Source of the DNA: an uncultured Spirochaetota bacterium
Lineage (GTDB): Bacteria > Spirochaetota > Brevinematia > Brevinematales > JAOACQ01
Direction of reading: 5' to 3'
Length of the DNA: 64,000 nt
NCBI GenBank assembly: GCA_963835575.1
Contig: CAWIGG010000003.1
Location: 128,001-192,000 of the forward strand
A program made the translations under genes and the position numbers. The notes beneath the pieces were generated by a model. It was not told the DNA's origin, searched no databases, and was given only the letters and a program-made list of their open reading frames with translations. This document shows positions 1-10,430 of this stretch, piece by piece. Position 1 is the first letter of the stretch; each line of letters starts with the position of its first letter.

Positions 1-1017
1 AACCCGGAAAAAGAAAAAATTTATACAGATATTAAATCCGGCCGCGCTTCCATTATTATAGGGACGCATGCCCTGATACAGGAAGGGCTTGAGTTTAAAA
101 ACCTCTCTTTCATCGTCTTTGACGAACAGCACCGCTTCGGTGTGGAGCAGAGGATCAGCCTTTCAAAAAAAGGAAGCTCGCCGGACATTCTTGTGATGAC
201 CGCCACTCCCATTCCAAGGACATTAACGCTCACGCTTTATGGGGACCTCGACCTGTCAATAATAGATGAAATGCCGGCCGGCAGGAAAATAATCAAAACA
301 AAATGGATTGCAAAAAAGCAGTATAAAGAACTGCTGGACCTCGTGGAAAGGGAGCTGCAGAAAGGCCGCCAGGCTTTTTTTATCTATCCGTTGATAGAAG
401 AATCGGAGAAAATTGATACCGAGAATGCCGTTAAAATGCACCGGGTCCTGTCTAAGCATTTCTCAAATTACTCTGTCGGGCTCCTGCATGGACGGATGAG
501 CGCCATGGAAAAATATGAGGTTATGGAAAAGTTCAGGGCCAATCAGACCCAGGTCCTCGTCTCCACAACTGTGATAGAAGTGGGTATTGACATAAAAAAC
601 GCGACTGTTATGGCCGTTGAAGGCGCCGAACGCTTCGGTTTATCGCAGCTCCATCAGCTGCGGGGCCGCGTCGGCCGGGATAAATATGACTCATACTGCA
701 TTCTGGTGACTTCCGGCAATGAAACGGATGAAACAAAGGTCAGGATGGCCGCCATGGTGAACCATAACGACGGCTTTCAGATCGCTGAAGAAGACCTGAA
801 GCTCCGGGGGCCGGGGGAAATACTCGGCATACGGCAGTCAGGCATTCCGGAATTGAAAATAGCGGATTATATCATGAATGAAAAGCTTTTATTGGTGGCT
901 AAACAGGACGCGCAGAATATTCTGAAGGCCGACCCGCAGCTCAGCCTGGACGTGAACCGGCCCCTCAAAGAAGGTATAATACAATATCTGCCTTCGGACT
1001 ATCTCTATTCGGGATGA
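1..1017 (+). CDS. recG: ATP-dependent DNA helicase RecG (5' partial)
   Basis: Frame 1 is open from base 1 (GTHALIQ, DEQHRFGVEQR), followed by MTATPIPRTL, QLHQLRGRVGR and DLKLRGPGE motifs. Confidence 0.97.
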   Translation, partial: NPEKEKIYTDIKSGRASIIIGTHALIQEGLEFKNLSFIVFDEQHRFGVEQRISLSKKGSSPDILVMTATPIPRTLTLTLYGDLDLSIIDEMPAGRKIIKTKWIAKKQYKELLDLVERELQKGRQAFFIYPLIEESEKIDTENAVKMHRVLSKHFSNYSVGLLHGRMSAMEKYEVMEKFRANQTQVLVSTTVIEVGIDIKNATVMAVEGAERFGLSQLHQLRGRVGRDKYDSYCILVTSGNETDETKVRMAAMVNHNDGFQIAEEDLKLRGPGEILGIRQSGIPELKIADYIMNEKLLLVAKQDAQNILKADPQLSLDVNRPLKEGIIQYLPSDYLYSG

Positions 1018-1086
1018 TTCGTGTTTTCTTTAACCTTATGATTTTTTTTATTCGTTTTATTATTAGTTTCCCATCCCCAGTTTTCC

Positions 1087-1170
1087 TTCGCGTCTATTCG
1101 CGTGCATTAGCGGATTACCCGCACTTTAGGCTGCATGTCTCCCGCTAAGCCACGCGAATTCACGCCAATT
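1087..1170. repeat. 9-nt-periodic intergenic repeat pair (CGCGAAT family)
   Basis: 1087-1121 is the exact reverse complement of 28878-28912; 1142-1168 matches the reverse complement of 28975-29002. Confidence 0.85.
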
Positions 1171-1367
1171 TATTTCAAAATTATTCAATTCCCTTCACGC
1201 GGAGAATCTCAATCTTTGATATTTAATTCTTTATTTTATATTGAGATATCTTATATTTAATAGTAATTCTTGAATTTATTAAAGATTATTTCAGTGTTTT
1301 TCCGTGTAATTCTGTGGCTGATTAAATTTAAATTTCACGAAAATAAAAAAATATTTCTTTATTTTCA

Positions 1368-1395
1368 TAAAGTTTAAATTCCAACCCGCCGATAC
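1368..1395 (+). promoter_or_regulatory. sigma28 (FliA/SigD) promoter of flaB1
   Basis: TAAAGTTT-N12-GCCGATAC (TAAA-N16-GCCGATA) upstream of a flagellin gene. Confidence 0.85.
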
Positions 1396-1505
1396 ATACA
1401 TCAGAAAAGTTACGTCTTATAAAAAGGAGGTTAATTTTACACTCCCGGCCTGATAGGATTATCGGCCGCAGGAAAAAAGGCTTTAGTGTTTCATAAGGAA
1501 AATAT

Positions 1506-1542
1506 TCCCGCAAGGACGCGGGGATAAAATATATCAAGGAGG
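1506..1542 (+). promoter_or_regulatory. Putative CsrA-binding sites in flaB1 leader
   Basis: Hairpin TCCCGC-AAGGAC-GCGGGA with GGA in the loop, plus a second AAGGA overlapping the Shine-Dalgarno. Confidence 0.65.
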
Positions 1543-1548
1543 ATACCT

Positions 1549-2409
1549 ATGATTATTAATCACAATGTGAGCTCAATCTTTGCCAATCGTCAACTCTGGA
1601 TTAACAACCGTGAGGCTGACAAGAGTATCGAAAAGCTCTCATCCGGCATGAGAATCAACCGCTCGGGTGATGACGCATCCGGTCTGGCTGTTTCTGAGAA
1701 GATGCGCTCTCAGATTTCCGGCCTCCGCAGGGCAGAAAGGAATGCGGAAGACGCAATGTCCTTCATTCAAACCGCAGAAGGCTACCTGGAAGAAACCCAC
1801 ACAATCCTTCAGAGAATCCGCGAACTGTCTATTCAAGCTTCCAATGGAATTTATTCCACGGAAGACAGAATGCAGATTCAGGTGGAAGTTTCCCAGCTGG
1901 TTTCTGAAGTTGACAGAATCGCTTCGCATGCCCAGTTTAACGGTCTTAATATGCTGACCGGCCGCTTCGCTTACGCAACCGGCGGCAACAATCCCACATC
2001 CAGCATCTGGTTTCATGTCGGCCCGAATATGGACCAGAGAATCAGAAGCTACATTAACACAATGACCGCAACAGCTCTCGGATTAAAAGACCCTACATCA
2101 CGGGAAAATATCAGCATCAGCACTCCCGAGAAGTCCAATATGTCCATCGGGATAATTGACAATGCTTTAGGAAAAGTTTCCAAGCAGAGAGCTGATCTGG
2201 GCGCATACCAGAACAGACTGGAAAAATTATCCGTAGGATTAATGATCGGTTACGAAAATCTTCAGTCGGCTGAATCCAGGATCAGAGACACAGATATGGC
2301 TGAACAGATGTCATCTTATGTGAGGACTCAGATACTGACACAGACTGCCACAGCCATGGTTGCTCAGGCTAACCAAAAACCCCAACTTATGTTAACCCTT
2401 TTAAGGTAA
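1549..2409 (+). CDS. flaB: Flagellin (periplasmic flagellar core protein)
   Basis: [15 protein letters not shown]-terminus, [36 protein letters not shown]. Confidence 0.97.
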   Translation: MIINHNVSSIFANRQLWINNREADKSIEKLSSGMRINRSGDDASGLAVSEKMRSQISGLRRAERNAEDAMSFIQTAEGYLEETHTILQRIRELSIQASNGIYSTEDRMQIQVEVSQLVSEVDRIASHAQFNGLNMLTGRFAYATGGNNPTSSIWFHVGPNMDQRIRSYINTMTATALGLKDPTSRENISISTPEKSNMSIGIIDNALGKVSKQRADLGAYQNRLEKLSVGLMIGYENLQSAESRIRDTDMAEQMSSYVRTQILTQTATAMVAQANQKPQLMLTLLR

Positions 2410-2450
2410 GAGAGAGTTGGGATAGGCAGTTTAATTTATAGAGCAATAAT

Positions 2451-2485
2451 AGTTATCCCGGCAGAAGCCGGGGTAACTCTTTTTT
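2451..2485 (+). terminator. Rho-independent terminator of flaB1
   Basis: AGTTATCCCGGC-AGAA-GCCGGGGTAACT followed by a T-run. Confidence 0.8.
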
Positions 2486-2693
2486 ATTATCGAGTGAGCG
2501 AGAGAAATGAAATGAAGTTTCATTTCCGAGCGAGCGAAGACAACAAAGTGGTCTATTACACTGCGGCTTGACGCCGTATCCAAAGGACCAGGGTTATTCC
2601 TGGTGTAAATACCACTTTATTTTTCGGTTATAGGTATAAGTGGTTGATAATACCCTCCTCTAGCTGCACTTATTAAATTAAAGCCCTTTGCGC

Positions 2694-2748
2694 GTCCCTC
2701 ACCAGTTTGTAAGCTTCTCCGGGATAGCCGGACAAACTGGTGAGGGAC
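2694..2748. repeat. 55-bp palindromic element (copy 1; copy 2 lies inside the group II intron)
   Basis: GTCCCTCACCAGTTTGT...ACAAACTGGTGAGGGAC 17-bp arms; near-identical inverted copy at 14059-14111. Confidence 0.9.
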
Positions 2749-2796
2749 GTCAAAGGCTTTAAAAAATCATGTGCAGAAAGCAGGGACCCCTCAGTC

Positions 2797-2806
2797 ACAA
2801 GGATGT
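2797..2806 (+). promoter_or_regulatory. Putative CsrA-binding site in flaB2 leader
   Basis: ACAAGGATGT matches the CsrA consensus core ACARGGAUGU and lies just upstream of the SD. Confidence 0.65.
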
Positions 2807-2830
2807 TAAACAAAATCAAGGAGGGTTATT

Positions 2831-3712
2831 ATGATTGTAAACCACAATATAAGTGCGATTTTCGCCAATAGAATTTTGCGGATGAGCGATTTTAACACGA
2901 ACGCCAACATCGAAAAGCTTTCATCCGGTTTAAGGATCAACAAGGCTGGAGACGATGCTTCCGGTCTCGCTGTTTCCGAGAAGATGAGAGGCCAGATTTC
3001 CGGTCTTCATCAGGCTATGAGAAACACCGAAGACGCGACATCTTTCCTTCAGACTACTGAAGGTTATCTGGACGAAACAACTACAATCGCCCAGAGAATG
3101 AGAGAGCTTTCAATCCAGGCCGGAAACGGTATTTACAGCGATACAGACAGAGGGCTCATTAATGTTGAAATGTCTCAGCTGATCTCAGAAGTCGACAGAA
3201 TTGCCAAGCAGGCTCAATTTAACGGCCTTAATATGCTGACCGGCCGGTTTGAACAGCCGCAGGGAAGCACTTCTTCAACTTCGGGCGCGACTACTCAATC
3301 CGCAGGCCTCTGGTTCCACATTGGTCCCAATATGGACCAGAGAGTCCAGCTTTTCGTCGGTGATATGAGCGCTACTGCTTTAGGTCTCATTTCGGCGGAA
3401 GGGAAAAGGATGGTAAGCGCCAGTTCAATGGACGATGCCAACCGCTCTATTGGAGTGATAGATAAAGCCCTGGAAAGAGTAGTCCGGCAGAGGGCCGACC
3501 TCGGTTCCTATCAGAACCGTTTTGAAAAGCTCTATAAGGGACTTTATGTCGCTTTCGAGAATACTCAGGCAGCCGAATCCAGAATCAGGGATACTGATAT
3601 GGCTCTGGAAATGAGCGATTTCATCAAGAACCAGATTCTGGCGCAGTCGAATGTTTCGATGCTGGCTCAGGCAAATTTAAAGCCTCAGCTAGTGCTGAGG
3701 CTTCTTGGTTAG
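2831..3712 (+). CDS. flaB: Flagellin paralog
   Basis: [50 protein letters not shown]. Confidence 0.97.
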   Translation: MIVNHNISAIFANRILRMSDFNTNANIEKLSSGLRINKAGDDASGLAVSEKMRGQISGLHQAMRNTEDATSFLQTTEGYLDETTTIAQRMRELSIQAGNGIYSDTDRGLINVEMSQLISEVDRIAKQAQFNGLNMLTGRFEQPQGSTSSTSGATTQSAGLWFHIGPNMDQRVQLFVGDMSATALGLISAEGKRMVSASSMDDANRSIGVIDKALERVVRQRADLGSYQNRFEKLYKGLYVAFENTQAAESRIRDTDMALEMSDFIKNQILAQSNVSMLAQANLKPQLVLRLLG

Positions 3713-3910
3713 GGATAGGCAAATATCCGCTAACTATTAGTTAAACTAGTAAGAGTAAAAAGACTGTTCGGGGTCCCTGCCTATTTTAAATTAAATGACA
3801 CTCTAAATATCGACAGGAGTAAAAAACAGTTTAGTATTTTTTAAGTTTTTTTTATCCCTCACCATTTTGTAAGCATACCTTTGAAGCGTGCCAAAATGGT
3901 GAGGGATTAT

Positions 3911-5179
3911 TCATTTAATGCCCTTTTTCTGTCTTTTTGAATAAGCAGCCAAAGATTCCAGCCTTTGCAGCAAAGGCGGATGGGAATAATGGAAGAGCAC
4001 ATAAAATGGATGAGGATAAAGGTTGGACAAATTGTCTTTTGCCAACTTTACAAGAGAGCTTGCCAGGTTTTTAGAACCTCCCATAATTTCCACGCCGTAC
4101 TTATCAGCCTGGTTTTCATGCCTTCTGGAAAAATAAGCGGAAAGAGGCGTGAAAAAGAAGGCAAGCAGGCTGCCGAGAAAGCCCAGAATAATGACTTTGA
4201 CAAAAAAGTTGTCCGCCAGGATTTTAAATATAGAAGTCAGGATGCTTCCTTGTAATAGTAAAAAAGAAATATAGAGCGCGGCAAAAGAGAATATTTCATA
4301 AGAGATAATTGCTTTTAATACATGCTTTTTTTTCCAGTGCCCTGCTTCATGGGCAAGAACTGCCAGAATTTCTTCATGATTCAGCTTTTCAAGAAGCGTA
4401 TCATATATCACGATCCTTTTTACCCTGCCTATCCCCGTAAAATAAGCGTTGGAATGTCTGCTCCGTCTGGAAGCGTCTACTTTAAAAACCTGGCTGACCT
4501 TAATTCCTGTCTTTTTAAACAGTTTTTTTATTTTCTCTGCAAAAACCGTATCTTTAATCGGAGTATATTTATTAAAGAGCGGATCAAGTATATAGGGTGA
4601 AATATACATAATAAACATACTGAAAATAAAAAAGAAAATCCATAAAAAAAGCCACCAGAAATGCGGGCTTAATTGAACTATCCATAATGCGGCCATAATA
4701 AGTACGGCCATGAGAATTGTTTCAATAATAAGCGTTTTAATAAAATCGCTTATCCAGAGCGGGAATTTCATCGTATTAAATCCGAATTTGTTTTCAATCT
4801 TGAAAATACTGTATAGCTGAAAAGGAATATTAAAAAAGCTGAAACAGTAAGACAGAATAATAAAATAGAAAAATCCTTTAAAAATAAATGAGATTTTTTG
4901 ATTATCCATCCAGGAATTATAAATATTGAGCAATCCTGTAAAAAACAAAACAAATACCGCGATGTCCCCGCAGACGCTTTCCAGGATCCCGAAGCGCGCC
5001 TTTTCAATTATATAAGACTGGCTTTTTTTCAATGTTGATTTCGTTATTATGCCTTTAAGAACATTCGGGACGGCATTCCCCTTTTTCTTCATATAATTTA
5101 AATTGATTATTTCCAATGAATATGACCAGATTTTTTGTAAGAGAAACAGGGCAAGTATTATTAAAAGCAAAAAGTCCAT
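3911..5179 (-). CDS. M48 family zinc metallopeptidase (Ste24/CAAX-protease-like)
   Basis: NAYFTG, HEAGH zinc motif, ENQAD, YSHPPL and multiple TM segments. Confidence 0.92.
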   Translation of the reverse strand: MDFLLLIILALFLLQKIWSYSLEIINLNYMKKKGNAVPNVLKGIITKSTLKKSQSYIIEKARFGILESVCGDIAVFVLFFTGLLNIYNSWMDNQKISFIFKGFFYFIILSYCFSFFNIPFQLYSIFKIENKFGFNTMKFPLWISDFIKTLIIETILMAVLIMAALWIVQLSPHFWWLFLWIFFFIFSMFIMYISPYILDPLFNKYTPIKDTVFAEKIKKLFKKTGIKVSQVFKVDASRRSRHSNAYFTGIGRVKRIVIYDTLLEKLNHEEILAVLAHEAGHWKKKHVLKAIISYEIFSFAALYISFLLLQGSILTSIFKILADNFFVKVIILGFLGSLLAFFFTPLSAYFSRRHENQADKYGVEIMGGSKNLASSLVKLAKDNLSNLYPHPFYVLFHYSHPPLLQRLESLAAYSKRQKKGIK

Positions 5180-5366
5180 TCTTCCTCCTCTGTTCGGTAA
5201 AAAAGATATTGTAAAATAAATCAGCTATTTTAGCAAAATACGAAAGACCTGATTAAAGAGATATCAGCTTAATCCGGGTGAAAGACACTATCCTGTAGCG
5301 AGTTGACAGATAACTATCCTTGATATATATTTAAAGCGGTTAATTTTTTTATATGGTAAAGGAAAA

Positions 5367-6341
5367 ATGAAAATAAAACAGCAGATTCCTTCCAGCATCA
5401 ATCCCGTTCTGGCTTTTGGGGTTCATGACTCGAACCTCAGGCTCCTGGAGAGAATGCTGGAGGTTAAAATTTATCCTTTTGAAGAAGAGCTTGTCATCGA
5501 GGGCGAAGAGGAAAATATAGCCAAAGCATCGAATATATTGAATAATATTTTTGTCCTGGCAAAAGGCGAGCTCCCCGTACTTCATAACGACATAAAGCTT
5601 TTAATTGAAGACGGCGGCAAAACAGACAGTTATAATACCGGTTCTATTTCCACCGATGGACTAACGGCTTCAAAGAAAGGCTATAAATTCAAGCCCCGTA
5701 CGGCCCATCAAAAGGAGTATATTCAGCAGATGCTGACGCATGACCTTACATTTGCGATCGGTCCCGCCGGAACCGGCAAAACATATCTGGCGGTCGGGCT
5801 GGCGCTTCATCTTCTCTTTATCGGCAGGGTTAAAAAAGTTGTTTTAACGCGCCCCGTTGTCGAAGCAGGAGAAAACCTCGGTTTTCTTCCGGGGACTTTA
5901 GAAGAAAAAATAGATCCCTACCTGCGGCCTCTCTTCGACGCGATTAAAGAGATGCTTTCTGCTGATGAACTGAAGTTTTATATAGAAAGCCAGTCAATTG
6001 AATTAGCTCCGCTGGCTTATATGAGGGGACGGACCCTGACCAATTCTTTTATTATCCTGGATGAAGCCCAGAACACGACCACAATGCAGATGAAAATGTT
6101 CCTTACAAGGCTGGGTGAAAATTCAAAGATGGTGGTGACAGGGGATATCACGCAGATAGATCTCCCTTACGGCAGGGAATCAGGGTTAAAGCAGGCCCAG
6201 GAGCTTTTCCAAAAGCTCGAGGGTATCAAATTCAGCTACTTTGACAGGGCAGATGTTGTCAGGCACGGTCTCGTAAAAAAGATCCTGGAAATTTATGAAA
6301 AGAGAGAAAATGAAGCATGGAAAGAACTGTCCGTCCGGTGA
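5367..6341 (+). CDS. phoH: PhoH family ATPase
   Basis: GPAGTGKTYLA, RPVVEAGENLGFLPG, LAYMRGRTL, DEAQN; upstream TTGACA-N17-TATATT. Confidence 0.95.
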   Translation: MKIKQQIPSSINPVLAFGVHDSNLRLLERMLEVKIYPFEEELVIEGEEENIAKASNILNNIFVLAKGELPVLHNDIKLLIEDGGKTDSYNTGSISTDGLTASKKGYKFKPRTAHQKEYIQQMLTHDLTFAIGPAGTGKTYLAVGLALHLLFIGRVKKVVLTRPVVEAGENLGFLPGTLEEKIDPYLRPLFDAIKEMLSADELKFYIESQSIELAPLAYMRGRTLTNSFIILDEAQNTTTMQMKMFLTRLGENSKMVVTGDITQIDLPYGRESGLKQAQELFQKLEGIKFSYFDRADVVRHGLVKKILEIYEKRENEAWKELSVR

Positions 6342-8485
6342 TTACAAAAAGACTTGACAAATTTCTTTCAGAAAACTACAGCATTGTCCTGCTTTTTGTC
6401 TGCGCTTACTTATTAACAACCCTTCTCATTTTATTATCCCACACAGTACCGAATACATCGCTTTACCGCGTCGGAGAAAGCTCAAAAGAAACTTACCGGT
6501 CGGAATATGGCTTTTCCTATGACGACAAATTTGAAACAGAAGACCTGGCAAAAACAATCGAGATAAATAAGCCCATGTTTTATTCCTACCAGGAAAATCA
6601 TGAGGCGGCTTTTTACACAAATTTACAGCAATTCCTCTCGCTCATCAAAGCGCAAAGCGACAGGGATTTTATTAAAAATATTAAAACCGGCGGTTATAAG
6701 TTTTCATCATCCGCGTTGAATTACCTGACTTATAACAGAATGCTTATCAGTCTTTATACTAACAGGCTTATTTACCTCTATCAGGCCCTGACTTCACAGT
6801 ATTTTCTGGTCAATAATAAAGAAGCGGAAAGTAAAATCGATTATATAGAACTGATCACAATGCTTGGAAATAAAAAAATCGGGAATGAAAAACTTCTGCT
6901 ATGCCCCCTGGAAAAGGATTTTCTTATCAATTTCATCGGCCGGATTTATACCGGCATGAGTATAGATTTAAAAGACATAATGGCTGAGATAATGATCAAT
7001 ATTATTGAGCCGACAGCCGTTCAAAACCCAAAAGTAAGGGCTGAAGTCATTCAGAAAGAACTCAATCTTGCCAAGCAGCATAAATTTATTAACAAAGGGG
7101 ATTTCCTGATAAATAAAGGTGATGTCATAAACCAGGATAATCTCGCGAAAATAATCGCCTACTCGGAATATAAAAAGAATGATCTCAAAACAAAAATATG
7201 GGTTTACAATATACTCTGTTTATTGATTTTAGTTTTCCTCTCTTACCGGTTTATAAAATATGAAAAGGAAACATTTAAAAAGAAATACAATATTTATATC
7301 GCGCTGATCGGTTTTATTGCCGTTAATTTTATCTTTTATTCAACATATCTCTATAATGATTTTCCTTCCGTTCCCGTTTTTCTTCTGGTACCTTTTGCCA
7401 TTATTTCAATATCCCTTCCTCTTTTATTGAATAATGACCGTGTTTCCATCATACTCCTGATATCCTATTGTTTCTTTTCATTTTTTTACCCTATTTTTGA
7501 TATCATTACATTTTTTAATCTTATTATTATTTCACTTTCAACAATATATACATCACAGCTTTTAAAAAACCGGAATGATTTTTTCATTGTGGCTTTATTT
7601 ATCGGATTCATCGAATTATTTTTCTCTTTTATTTATTTTTTCTTTAATCAATCATTTCCTGACATGAGGGATTGGGGTATAATCATACTATTTGCTTTAG
7701 GCAACGGATTTATTTCCTCTATTGTTTCATTAGGACTGATGCCGCTGCTGGAAAATATTTTCAATATACCGACCCGTTTCCGGCTTCTTGAGCTGACCAA
7801 CCCGAGTCTTTCCCCCCTTCTGAACAAACTTAAAACAGAAGCGCCCGGCACATATAATCATTCGCTGCTTCTGGGAGATATGTGCGAAGCCGCCGCCTTG
7901 AAATTAGGCATCGATTCACTGCTGGCAAAAGCAGGCGGTTATTACCATGATATAGGAAAGACGGAAAATTCCCAGTATTTCATTGAAAATCAGGACGGTA
8001 AAAATAAGCATGACGATATTAAAACAAGCATTTCAGTTTCTATAATTAAATCGCATACAAAGCTGGGCATTGAACTCTCCCGGAAATACCGCCTGCCCGA
8101 AGAGATCGTTGACGCCATTAAAGAACACCATGGGACAACGGCCATCTCCTACTTTTATCACCAGGCCCTCGGGTTATTGGGAGACGAAAACGTCAATATC
8201 AGCGACTATGAATACCCCGGCCCCAAACCGCAAAGCAAGACTACGGCCGTATTGATGCTGGCGGACGGCGTTGAAACAACAGTCCGGGCATATACCCAGA
8301 ATAACGAACGCTTTACAACGAAAATCATTGAAGATATAATAGATGATTTGATTCAGCGCAGGATCGCGCAGGGACAGCTTGATGAATGCGACCTTACATT
8401 ACGTGATTTAAAAATAGTCGCAGATGAATTTTTCAAATTCCTTGCCGGTTATTACCATAAGAGAATCGAATATATCAAGAAATAA
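6317..8485 (+). CDS. 7TM-HD (HDIG) phosphohydrolase, PgpH-like c-di-AMP phosphodiesterase
   Basis: Extracytoplasmic domain plus 7 TM plus APGTYNHS, YYHDIGK, EHHGT, YPGPKPQSK. Confidence 0.9.
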   Translation: MERTVRPVITKRLDKFLSENYSIVLLFVCAYLLTTLLILLSHTVPNTSLYRVGESSKETYRSEYGFSYDDKFETEDLAKTIEINKPMFYSYQENHEAAFYTNLQQFLSLIKAQSDRDFIKNIKTGGYKFSSSALNYLTYNRMLISLYTNRLIYLYQALTSQYFLVNNKEAESKIDYIELITMLGNKKIGNEKLLLCPLEKDFLINFIGRIYTGMSIDLKDIMAEIMINIIEPTAVQNPKVRAEVIQKELNLAKQHKFINKGDFLINKGDVINQDNLAKIIAYSEYKKNDLKTKIWVYNILCLLILVFLSYRFIKYEKETFKKKYNIYIALIGFIAVNFIFYSTYLYNDFPSVPVFLLVPFAIISISLPLLLNNDRVSIILLISYCFFSFFYPIFDIITFFNLIIISLSTIYTSQLLKNRNDFFIVALFIGFIELFFSFIYFFFNQSFPDMRDWGIIILFALGNGFISSIVSLGLMPLLENIFNIPTRFRLLELTNPSLSPLLNKLKTEAPGTYNHSLLLGDMCEAAALKLGIDSLLAKAGGYYHDIGKTENSQYFIENQDGKNKHDDIKTSISVSIIKSHTKLGIELSRKYRLPEEIVDAIKEHHGTTAISYFYHQALGLLGDENVNISDYEYPGPKPQSKTTAVLMLADGVETTVRAYTQNNERFTTKIIEDIIDDLIQRRIAQGQLDECDLTLRDLKIVADEFFKFLAGYYHKRIEYIKK

Positions 8486-8496
8486 GGCTTAAATCT

Positions 8497-9369
8497 ATGC
8501 AGACAAATAATAACATATTAATTATTAAATCCACAAACAATGAGCACTTCTTGAAAGATTTTCAGTTGATTTATGAAGTGCCGGGTTATGAGAGTGTCCT
8601 TGAAGTCAATACAACAAATTATGATTTTGCCGATACCTCATTAGTTATTAAACTTCAGGAAATGAAAAGCAACAGTTTTATCATTCATGTCAGAAATTTT
8701 GAGCTTTCGAACTTCAGCATGCCGGGCCTGCAGGTCAAAGCCCTTAAGTACGGTAAAACCAATGAATTCCTTACCCCGGCTTTTCCTGTTGAAGCCCAGT
8801 CCCTCTCTATTATTGTCAGTAATAAAGCGCTGGTTGTTGATATTTATCAATTCCGGGATTTTACATTCATTTTTATCCTGATTGCCTTCATCCTGATTGC
8901 CTTATTGTCGATATTTACCGTCCGTTTTATCCGCAGAAAAAAAGAAAATCAAAACCTGAAAGCGGCGGAATTAATAAATCCATTTGATGAAGCCCTCCAG
9001 AAACTTGAAGAAATACGCGGAATGCAGATACAGGAAAATAACCGCAAAGAAATATACACCCTGATATCAGAAACAGTCCGCCGCTTTTTTGAACGGATAT
9101 TTATATTTCCCGCCCTTGAACTAGCCACATCCGAAATTTTAAATGTTTTAAAAAAAGCTGCCGCCGGTAAAAAACTGCCGCCGGATTTTTGTGAAACGGC
9201 TTATCATATTTTAAGGATTTGCGACAGGGTCAAATACGCCAAACATATCCCTGCCGGGGAAAACAAAAATAATATTATTGAAGAAGCGGTAGAACTGATC
9301 CTTCAGGTCAAAGAAATAGAAGATAAAGAAAGTGAAGAAAAAAAACAAGGAGAAGGAGAAAAGGAATGA
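8497..9369 (+). CDS. Bat-operon-associated membrane protein (DUF4381-like)
   Basis: Single TM, then P..EAL..L, ELATSEI and CDRVKYAK motifs typical of the gene preceding batA; overlaps the batA start. Confidence 0.65.
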   Translation: MQTNNNILIIKSTNNEHFLKDFQLIYEVPGYESVLEVNTTNYDFADTSLVIKLQEMKSNSFIIHVRNFELSNFSMPGLQVKALKYGKTNEFLTPAFPVEAQSLSIIVSNKALVVDIYQFRDFTFIFILIAFILIALLSIFTVRFIRRKKENQNLKAAELINPFDEALQKLEEIRGMQIQENNRKEIYTLISETVRRFFERIFIFPALELATSEILNVLKKAAAGKKLPPDFCETAYHILRICDRVKYAKHIPAGENKNNIIEEAVELILQVKEIEDKESEEKKQGEGEKE

Positions 9370-10430
9370 ACTTCTCGAGTCCCGCTTATCTATTATTACT
9401 TTTAATTCCGGTGATTTATCTCTATTTAAAATATAAAGGACCAAAAGGCATAAAATTATCACTGGATTCTACTCTGTACTATTCCTCAACCGACCTGTTC
9501 GCAAAAAAGAGGACCGTCCTGGCGAAATTATATCATCCGGTCAGCGACGGGCTGATCTGTATTGCCCTTTGCTTTTTTATAATAGCGCTGGCCAGGCCTC
9601 TGGGCGGACACGCGATTCAGAGCGATAAAAACTACGGTATCGACATTGTTCTCGCAATTGACGTGTCAGGAAGTATGCTTAATGTTGATTCCATGCCCGC
9701 TTCCCTTCCCTACCGCGATTTCATGGGCAAACGGTATTACCACGACCAGAATCATGAATTAGTTAAAATAAACAGGGTGAATTCCGCCAAGAACGTCATT
9801 ATGGATTATATTAATAAACAGGCTTTTAACCGCATCGGGATTGTCGTTTTCGCCGGTTACAGCTATACAAAATGCCCCCTTACGCTGGATAAAAATATGC
9901 TTATCAAGATTGTCCAGAGCATTGATTTTAATCCTCAGAATGACGGAACGGCTATCGGAATGGGCATAGCCACATCCGTCAACCGCCTTAAGAAATCCGA
10001 GGCAAAAAGCAGGATCATCATCCTTTTAACTGACGGGATAAATAACAGCGGCATGATCGATCCCCTTTCAGCCGCCAATATAGCCCGCGACCTCAATATC
10101 CGCATATACACAATAGGCCTCGGCAACCCGGAAGGCTATCTCCAGCCGGCCAGCATGGATCTTACTGATTATGAATTACAGATCGGGGTCGGGCTGGATG
10201 AACCGATCCTGAAAAAAATCGCGGAAAATACAGGAGGAAAATTCTACAGGGCTTACGATCCCGATTCGCTCAAAAAAATATACGATGACATTGATAAGCT
10301 CGAAAAGTCAAAGATTGAAATTAAAAGAAGAGTGCTTTATAAAGAGAATTTTCTGCCTTTCCTTGTAACGGGTTTTATTTTCCTGCTCGCCTATATAGGT
10401 CTGACAAGCTTTGTAATAAAAATACCATAA
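9366..10430 (+). CDS. batA: BatA-type von Willebrand A domain protein
   Basis: N-terminal TM, ALARP, DVSGSM MIDAS motif, GTAIGMG, LLTDG, IYTIGLG. Confidence 0.85.
   Translation: MNFSSPAYLLLLLIPVIYLYLKYKGPKGIKLSLDSTLYYSSTDLFAKKRTVLAKLYHPVSDGLICIALCFFIIALARPLGGHAIQSDKNYGIDIVLAIDVSGSMLNVDSMPASLPYRDFMGKRYYHDQNHELVKINRVNSAKNVIMDYINKQAFNRIGIVVFAGYSYTKCPLTLDKNMLIKIVQSIDFNPQNDGTAIGMGIATSVNRLKKSEAKSRIIILLTDGINNSGMIDPLSAANIARDLNIRIYTIGLGNPEGYLQPASMDLTDYELQIGVGLDEPILKKIAENTGGKFYRAYDPDSLKKIYDDIDKLEKSKIEIKRRVLYKENFLPFLVTGFIFLLAYIGLTSFVIKIP

Noticed and set aside
2545..2618. tRNA gene
   Set aside because: Cloverleaf-like but lacks GTTC T-loop, D-loop GG and proper arm lengths.
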